From Stylophora pistillata (taxonomy: Eukaryota): 64,000 bases of DNA. The stretch covers positions 411,618 through 475,617 of the forward strand of contig NW_019217847.1 of the NCBI RefSeq assembly GCF_002571385.2, given 5' to 3'. The position numbers were made by a program, and so were the translations under genes. Below are positions 55,367-64,000 of the stretch, piece by piece; position 1 is the first letter of the stretch; each line of letters begins with the position of its first letter. Under the pieces are notes generated by a model. That model did no database searches and had not been told where the DNA came from. It saw nothing but the letters and a program-made list of their open reading frames with translations.

Positions 55367-56084
55367 TTTGTAACGAAAGCTGACGCAATCCTAATGGACA
55401 TCACTGACAGTAAAAACACGTATATTAGAAATTGTGATTTAAGAACTTTAAGGCGGAGAGTCGATCAAATAAGCAACACACCCAGAAAAAGCACCGCGGG
55501 AGGGAAAAATGAAACTTAATTTCAATAACATCAATTTCTTATAGCTACTATAATCTTATTGTATATATTAACTCTAAGGAACTCTAATCACAGAAAATGC
55601 GGGGTTCTGATATGTGAGTTTTTACTGTGCGATGGCAAAATACACTGTGTTATTTTTCTGTTTGACTCTGTTCGAAGTATGTGACACACAAGAAGTGCGC
55701 ATTTTCAAACCGTACTTGTAATGGTTTGATCATGGTTCGCTTTATTAACTATACCTGACCACTATGGTTTGATAAATTTGACAAAGACTAAATGTACTTA
55801 GCTGTATCTCTCAATTACCACGAATCAATAAATATTTGGCCTGACAAGTTTTGGTTTAGTTGTAATGTTATGAGGTTAACCTCTGTTAGGCTCAATTGTT
55901 TTTCACGAAGACATGAGTATAAAGACAATCAATAATGTGCAGCATTGCAAAATGTAGATAATTTGAAACTTTTGTTTCCCAAAATCCCAGAAAAATGCAT
56001 CTTATCGATGCCAATAACGTGCTTGCCTGCGACTCTCCATGTGTGTAAAGTGGTCATCCCATCCAGCCATTAAGTTTGTAAGTG

Positions 56085-56548
56085 AGGTCCAAAGTGAACA
56101 GGGCGAGTATTTCAGTTAACGGGGCAAAGTGAACGTGTCGCAAAGTAAACGGGGGAAAAAAACGTGAAGTGAGTAACCGACAAGCGAAGTGAACGTAACA
56201 GAAAGTACACAAGGGAAATACTGAACGTGAAGCGAAGAAAACGGGACGTGAAGTGAACGTGACGGAAAGTGAATGGGGGAAAAGTTAACGCGAAGCGAAG
56301 CAAATAGGACGCGAAATGAACAGGGGTAAACTGGAACGTGACTTGGAGCAAGTAGGGGTGACCAGAACGTGATGCGAAGGAAACGACACTCGAAGTGAAC
56401 GTGACGTTATAGTAAACGTGATGCAAAGTAAATGTGATGAAGAGCAAACGTGATGTAAAGTAAACGTGATGCAAAGTAAACGTGATGTAAAGTAAACGTG
56501 ATGCTAAGTAAATGTGATGCAAAGTAAACGTGATGCAAAGTAAACGTA
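56085..56548 (+). repeat. 15-16 bp minisatellite array (aagtgaacgtg.. / taaacgtgatgcaaag)
   Basis: Diverged units on the left; near-homogeneous 16-mers at 56412-56547. Confidence 0.85.
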
Positions 56549-59024
56549 GGCTCGGAGTACGATTGGCTCAAGCATGTCACAGTGGACTCCAGGCCCTCCT
56601 CAGAAAGCTTTGGGACCAACAGATGGTGTCCCCTCGGAAAATGCTCGAGAACGTGACCTTAAGGATAAAATTAATACTATTTTTGGGAGGAAGTTCAGGG
56701 GTCTTGTAACGTCGTATAGCGAAACTGTCCGTATCAGCGCGCTGATATTTAAAGGCTAGGATTTGATGATTGCCCAAATTATGAGATCAAGCTATTGTGT
56801 TATTTCAAGAGCTCGTAATTTTCATTAACTTCATAGATTTAACATGATAATATTACAAAAGAACGGTTTAATTCCCTGGACGTGTGAAATTAAACCAGAT
56901 AAAAAGTGTATGTTCATGCATACATAAATTATTACAATTTAAACATAAAATCCACGATGAGATCACGAAATTACGAAAGGCAAAAATCCACTCTCTGTTC
57001 AACTGATCTTTAAAGGTAAGATCTGAATTTTACCTTTAGCGAAGGGATTTTACAGGTGTGACTTAAATAGTTTATAGCCTCCGCTAATTCTGACACGGAT
57101 TATATATATACACTCATCTGATCGCGTATTTATCCGTAGCACATCGATAAATTATTTTATGATTCGCTCGCCCACCAAAGACAATAATTTTTTTCTGCTA
57201 GTTCAAGCTAAAATCTTTAGCGACTGATTACGTTCAAAAGATGATCTGGAATCTTGACCGTTAACTTTAGAACAATCGATATTGGCAGGGCTATTTACAC
57301 TTCTCGAGGTTTACACTGCCGTGTTAATGTTTTCTTTTTTCGAGAAGTTAACGGAGCAATAAGTCACTGAATTTTACTAATGTTTATGATTAAAATCAAC
57401 ACTGATCGCAAATGAATGGAAAGTAGCTACACGACAAACTAATTAGCGCACAGTAGCTGACGTTTTTTCCTGTTTTCAAAAAAAATTCTGACGACTTTGC
57501 TTTGAATATTTAAACAAGGTCAAGTATCAATCTTATATGGTCATCTTCATAGACATAGAATAGCTAAGTGAATATATAGTTAACTATGGTGGATATTGAT
57601 GGAAATGATTTTTAGACTGCATGAAAATTTGAAGTTCTTCAAACCCGAGTGTTAACTACATAGGAAACACAAAAAAACAAGATGTAATTATGGCAAAAAA
57701 ATGCTTTTCATCGAACAAGCCAAATCGAACAGATTTACAGCCCCTTTAGAGTTAAAGCAGCAAATTCTAAAAGCCAATGCTATTTGATAGTACAAGGCCA
57801 TGCTGTCCAATCAAAATCAAAGAAAAATATTGAGTGAATAGGTTGCGCCATCTTTAAACTCAAACCAATTACCCAACAAGGCTGACTGTCCACGTTCTCC
57901 TTTGCTATTTAATGTGCTGTATGACACTACTAATTTAAAAAGTAAAGATAACAAAGGAGTGGCCGTAATTGACAATGCTACAATTCAAGAAGTCAGAAGG
58001 CTTTTGTTCTTACAAGAGCCGTAGGTATTCCATTAACGAGTTTCTTGCACCTCGCTTTTGACGCAATTAGTTGATAATCAAGGCTTTGAATCGTCGAATT
58101 CAAGGATAAATCGTGAACGCAATTTCTGTTCAGCCCTAGCGCCATATATTCGGCTAATTTGATAAAAAAACCTCAATTTTCAAGAGTGGTGCGCTTGGCG
58201 GTAAAGGATTTTTTTTTTCGCCTGACATACGTACAAATAGAGGAAATGCAAATGTAAACATTTAGGACACGATCATAAACTGTGTCATTTGAATGTGTCA
58301 CAAACAATGTGACTGAAATTGATTCTATTAAATACCAGAGCGAAGATAGATGAAGATCTATAGAAAGTTTCAAGAAATTTCACTGATTCTCGCAAACTTG
58401 GGCATAAGCAATTCTGTGAGTACCTTGACTCGCTTTGTAAATAGCTTAATTTTTTTAATTTTCAAGTGTGAACACCGCTCGGCAAAATGCTTGACAGCAG
58501 CAAGCTGTACCGGCTAAATATAAATTCAGTGACTTGGAGAGTGAATGAACGCACTGATTCGATTTTGAGCTCGTTTGCTCGTAACACAACATGCACTTAT
58601 TTACAGATCAATTTACTCATGCCAGGTTACTTACTGCGGAAAATTACTTCTCTTCAATATCTAAAACTAGTCACCTTTCCTCGCTTCTTCCTCGAGCGTG
58701 CCTGCGTTGTTGACTCCAAGATATTTAAGGTTGGAATCAATGCTTGTAAAGCAAAGGTACCATCGCTGTGAAACCGAATCGATTAGTTACGTTCCCTTAT
58801 GGAAGGAAAAATCGCAGGCAATTTTACTTAATAGAGAGGACTGGAATTTTCAAACGCGCGGAATTTATCGCTCAATTACACCTTTACTGATGATGCTATA
58901 AGTCCATTGTCGTCATTGGATGAGACACAGAGAGCACAGGAAGTTAACTTTGACATATCTTTTTTAATAAAAAAACAAATATATAAACAAAGCCATAGGC
59001 TGAATAAACGACCAAGCAAACTAG

Positions 59025-59330
59025 GAGGGGGGCTTTGGGATTTTAGGATCGGTTTTTCGGTTTTTGGGCCAAAAAGGTTCGGTTTTTCGGTTTTGACCTT
59101 CTAAGCGGTTTGCGGATTTTACGCTTTTTTGCATTCGGTTTTCGGTTTTAACTAAAACTCTGATGCGGTTTTCAGCTTTTCCTTTTTGACCCCTTTAAAG
59201 GTGAAAATGTAGCGGTTTTGTCAGGTTTGCGTGCGGTTTTCGGTTTTGCTGCCTTTTTTCATCGGTTTCTCGGTTTTGGAGATTTTTTTCTGCGGTTTTG
59301 CGGTTTCCCAGAGGCCCCAATGCCCCCCTC
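59025..59330. mobile_element. MITE with internal cggtttt repeats
   Basis: TIRs gaggggggctttggg / cccaatgcccccctc, flanked by aactag and agctag. Confidence 0.75.
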
Positions 59331-62300
59331 AGCTAGGGAATGCCTATTTTTAAACTCCCAAGAATTCTGATCGCAATCATCGCAGAGGTCTTTGGCAAAT
59401 AACCATAACATTCGAGAAGTTCCTCTTCTGCTTGAGGGTTTCAAATACCTTTTGGTTTAGAAGTAAAAGCTGAAACCTGGTTCTTTAGTTATGATCCTCT
59501 CCAACAGCTGTAGGATCGTAGACATGAAGCCATTTTATTGATCATAGATATACCATGTAAGTTACAAAACGTTCTATAATTCTATAATTCTATAATTTCG
59601 TTTCCCGTGTTCAGTCCGCGTGTCATTTACATTGTTAATATTATGGGATGGGCCATGTACTCGTACTTGGAGAGGTCAAAGATCGTATTAGATGCTCGTT
59701 TGTTTTTCTCACGAGTGTTTATTTACGTCTTCCTTCGAGTCCACAAATCTTATCAGTATGTTGTCACTGTAGTATTTGCGTTTCGCTTCGCTTGTTTACG
59801 TTTGTTTCCTTTTTTGTGCAGTTAAAGTATTCAAGTCTTGACATACCACATTTCAGCGAACGTTGTAATTTTGGCGTTCACAGCCATCGTCAAAAAATCT
59901 TAAGTTTTGTCTGGTTTACATCTTTTTCATTTGAACGCAAACAGTTATCTGTTGCTTCCCAATCTTAGAAATCGCATTGTTTACAGCAATCAGGAACAAT
60001 ACCTTTGAAAGCTACTTGTGAACTTAATTTTAATTCCTCAGAAAGTAATAGTGATATGTAACTCTAGATTACATGTTTACTTTGTACATCTCGGAGATAT
60101 TAGCATGATTTTTTGCTATTTTAAATTCGAGATGAAATAAAGGCTTGAAAAAAAATTGAATTGAAACTTCATCAACCAATTAGTTCCGTACATGGAGGAA
60201 AAAAATTATCGTGCCTTTTTCTACATCTTGTGGTTTCCAAACAACGCAAAACAGAAAATCGAACGGAAGCAAAGCATTTCTATTCCGCCAATTTAAATTA
60301 TTTTTCTCGCAGATTTCTAAGCTGTTACTTTTGTAACGGAAACAAATGGAATTGGTTGAATTATAATTCAGTTGAGCAGCTCAGTATTTTAAAATTCGAC
60401 TAGGCCACAATTTGAATTGTTTCGGCAAATTCTGGTCACGTTCTGCAATAAACACAGAGATAATAATTAAATTTGCGTGAATGCATCTGTTGTCAAAAAG
60501 TGGTGTGATTTATCTGAAATCCGCGGTCAGCCGTTTACAGGACAAAATACCAGCATTATTGTCCACCTTGAAAAACCACATGCAAACATCCTTTGTTTTA
60601 ACATGTTTATCAATTCAACTCTGCGTGCAAGGTAGTCATTTGCAATATTTTTTTGCAAGCTCTCTTTCGGTGATAAAAAAGAAATCGAATGAATCTCCTT
60701 CTCAATTGTCATTTAGCTGTGACTGACAAACAATTTCGCCACCTCTTCCTATCACGATTTATAGACCACAGTTAATGAAAGTTTGATTTATGCAAATGCA
60801 AAATCGGCGACAGAGGAGTTTCATCATTAAATTTGAAAGAAAGCCAAGCTCATGTCAAGGTAAGAACAGCAACAACATAATTGTGATTGTAATGACTACT
60901 TGAATTTGAAAATTTTGAAATAACATCTATTCTCGAGCACCAGGCTAAAAATGGGATAAAAAGATATAGAGAAGATTTGTTTGGCGTCCTATGTAAAGAT
61001 AGCGATGCACTTACTGAAATGATTTTGTTGTAAGAATTTTATCCTATTCCTTGTCTTTTATTGCCTTTCTCGATTTGTCTTTTTTTCTTCTCAACTTACC
61101 AGATACCTTTCAAAATAAAACATCAGCGTAAACTACGGGCTAGTTATTTACTACTTAAAATTATAATTCGTTTAATTGATATTCGAGGCCTTCGGTCTTT
61201 CAAAAATGCACATGTTATTTACATTAGCTTCGTTTTCATTGAAAACCTTTGTTTTCCTTTATGTCATATTCAGTTTGTTTAGTTTCCTCATGTAGTAGTA
61301 CAATTTTAGATGGTTCATCAGGAAAAGTGTTCATTGAAGAGTAAACTTGCCTCTCTTTACAAATAAAGCTCTTACATTAATTTTGATTTAATTGTGAGAT
61401 CCAAGTCAAGTTAATGTTCCAGTGGTGATTCAAATAAACATCAACCATTGTCAGAGACGTTAACGTTGACGCCAAGAATTTCTGATGATATTTTATTAAT
61501 TCCTGGGGACTGTACGAAACGGCACATCGTGTAAAGACAGATATCTAGACGTGCTTGAATTTTTCACGCTGCTGGCCACCTGCTTTCAGGAAATGATAAC
61601 ATCAAATCATATACACCGCACATAAATTGAATTACATATTTTTTCCTTCACTGAGTTAAACCTAATTTGCCTCAAGGTCTGATAAAAGATTGTCGATTGT
61701 CACTCGGACGTGATTCTTAAGAATACGTTAGATCCTTCAATTTGAGCGAAACACAGCACGAAACGGCGAACGTTTGGTGGAACTGCACACCTAAAACTGA
61801 CGCGTTTAATTTCTCTTGAAATCGGAAATTTCTGCAACGCACATATGTTCGATGTAAGTTTAAGTACAGGGACCAAAACGTACAAACAGAAAACCTGTAT
61901 TTTGTCGAGTTTTCACCAAATTTAGATCGCTCAAGTTAATCACGCTCCTTAATATTACATTTTCTTCGAATCGATACCAAGATTTGGAGGCGGATCGACA
62001 TGGAATTTAATACCGCACGTTGATTGTAAACTACAAGAACATGAGACAAACTAATAAATTCTATGAAAAAGGAACTGAAAAGATTATAAATCTGAAAGAG
62101 GAAATTAATAATAAACAGTGTGGTCTTCGGAAATGTCTCTTACCTTGTGGATTGGCAGGCCGTCAGTAGACTCATTCCGTGCAGTTATTTCGCTGCCATT
62201 CCTTTACACTTTTCATTAAAATGAATTTTTAAGACAATGATATTTTCCTAAATTAAATTCAGAGACAATGCATATATGTGCTACCGCCAAAAGTATTATT

Positions 62301-62759
62301 CTCCAGTATAAGCAATAGAATGAAAAACGCACTAGTCAGGTAAATCTAAAACCGAATTTATCCGATCTCATGTTAAACTAGTACAGCTGAGGATTTCCGT
62401 GAGATGAACCTCATATTTTTGTGAATCGTATCATAGTAATATGAAATGATTTCACGAGTGGCTTAAGTTAAAGTACGTGTGATTCTTGGTAAATGAAAAC
62501 CAAACGCAAACCATAGACTAGTAACTGAACGTAGACTCTTCGTCAACAGAATGAATCTATACTTAATTAAAATCAGTTGAAATTCTAATCCGTTTCCAAA
62601 ACAAACCTGTACCTAAATTCTTCAAATCAGTTTTTCAGATACTTTAATCCGCATACCTACGTGTTTAAAAATATTTTTAACCACGGATACGCCCCAATCA
62701 AGATGATCAATTTATAACCATGGTTACCCTTCTATCATGTTTGAAAGTATTGAAGGCAG

Positions 62760-62860
62760 CAATGTAGTCCGATCGTCTAAGTCAGAGAAGTATTAAAAAG
62801 AAATTGTTATTCAGTGGCAGAAGTGAATGTTGTTTTGCGGAAGTAATCATCAGAGTCAAA
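62760..62860 (-). repeat. Highly decayed family B repeat
   Basis: atgtagtccgatcgtc...gcggaagtaatcatcagagtcaa aligns with 9875-9977. Confidence 0.55.
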
Positions 62861-64000
62861 CTCCTGACCACCTCCACACTTCTAGAAATTCACAAATTGC
62901 CGAGAACAATCAGGTCTTTATCTTTAGAATTTAATTCCTTTATTTTATGAGGCATTCTTGGGTCAAACTCATTAGTTAACGAATCTCAGAAAAGGTTTTA
63001 TACTGGCACCAAGAGAAAGAAATATCAAATAACAAAAAAATTCACAGATGATAATTACACGCGAATGGAGTATTCGTTAAACTAATATTTTTGAAATTTC
63101 ACTCCTTTTTTATTTTTTTTGTTTGTGTTTCAATTTCAATCTTCTCATTGGAAATCGCTTTCATTTTAAACCGGAATTTCTGGTCTCATTAAAGACATAC
63201 TAAACACTCTTTTTCCAGTTCGGAGTATTTTGTCTGATGTATCCGGGGTATAAAAATCTGCCTCCGGTCGATCATTCATTAAATGTACTGAAATAGCTTA
63301 AAACATATTTACAGAAAGTACTCAAAGCTTTATTTGTATCTCTGAAATACCTTGAAAAATATACTAAATCTGACGTTCGATGCCTGCTGAGTCTCGGTTC
63401 CATCTTCACTACTGTAGACCAAATAAATCGTCGATAAATATCTTAACAGTAAAGTTGACTACTATTTTCCACTCCCACGATAGCCAGCAAAGCAAATCTT
63501 GACGTTCTTGACGCTAAATTATCAATTTCACGATAGTGTAGAATTAAGGTCTTATTCTTTTGAAATTCCGCTGAGCATTGTGGTTCAGCCAGCACTCGGC
63601 AAGTTATACATGTACAATCAATAGTAAATAGCTTCCTCGAAATAGATTGCTGGCGGAATTTCGAAAGAGTTTCGAGTACAAAGAGAAATCAGCAGGCGGA
63701 TGCAGCAACGCACCTGGTATTTTAAAACATTGTTTGCGAACTGTCAAAACTGAGACGGTGTGGTAATTTCCGAAGGCGGATTTGAATTTGAAACATCCTG
63801 ACTCCTTTTTTCATTGTGTGAGAAGTGAGATGGAAATGCGCTCGAAATACAAAGGCTCAACTGTCAAAGCTTGAAATAAAAGTAGTTCTCCGATCTGATT
63901 CTGGATTATTTCGCGTTTTGCTGAGGAGAAATCACTGGCTTGATCTCTAGCACTGTCACCACAAGTATCAACTAAGTTAGGTCTTGTAGGTAAGACGACG

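Noticed and set aside
56085-56548. CRISPR-like array or repetitive protein (ORF 56112-56522)
   Set aside because: Contiguous degenerate units with no unique spacers and no cas genes, in a eukaryotic context; the ORF is a by-product of the repeat.
57000-64000. Short ORFs and isolated splice-like motifs, e.g. near 62140
   Set aside because: No recognisable domains and no consistent exon chain; treated as intergenic or intronic DNA.

Overview
This is AT-rich, intron-containing animal genomic DNA from a gapped draft scaffold with four long N-runs. The repeat families and gene content suggest an anthozoan cnidarian, probably a stony coral (inference). Genes: (1) a complete 10-exon but strongly divergent PP1 catalytic-subunit paralog (1450-8192, +), plus two partial duplicates of it; (2) two closely related orphan class A GPCRs with intronless CDS, pointing away from each other and bracketing a 3-exon GFER/Erv1 sulfhydryl oxidase; (3) a third, neuropeptide-receptor-like GPCR; (4) a 6-exon secreted class III (hevamine/Cts1-type) GH18 chitinase with a Thr/Pro linker and a CBM14 domain; (5) a second, stand-alone CBM14 exon; (6) an inverted pair of decayed copies of an unrecognised TATA/X-box gene. 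Mobile DNA: a hAT (ZNF862-like) relic, a DIRS-type element carrying a nested tRNA-SINE and a Penelope GIY-YIG insertion, a deleted Harbinger-type element, a BEL/Pao LTR element, L2/CR1 tails, a PIF1 helicase fragment and MITEs. The most striking non-coding signal is a set of short Penelope-related repeats carrying minimal type I hammerhead ribozymes. One ribozyme looks intact. One insertion has a 5' end and fold-back centre that fall exactly on the predicted self-cleavage site. All exon and repeat coordinates were read by eye and may be off by a few bases.
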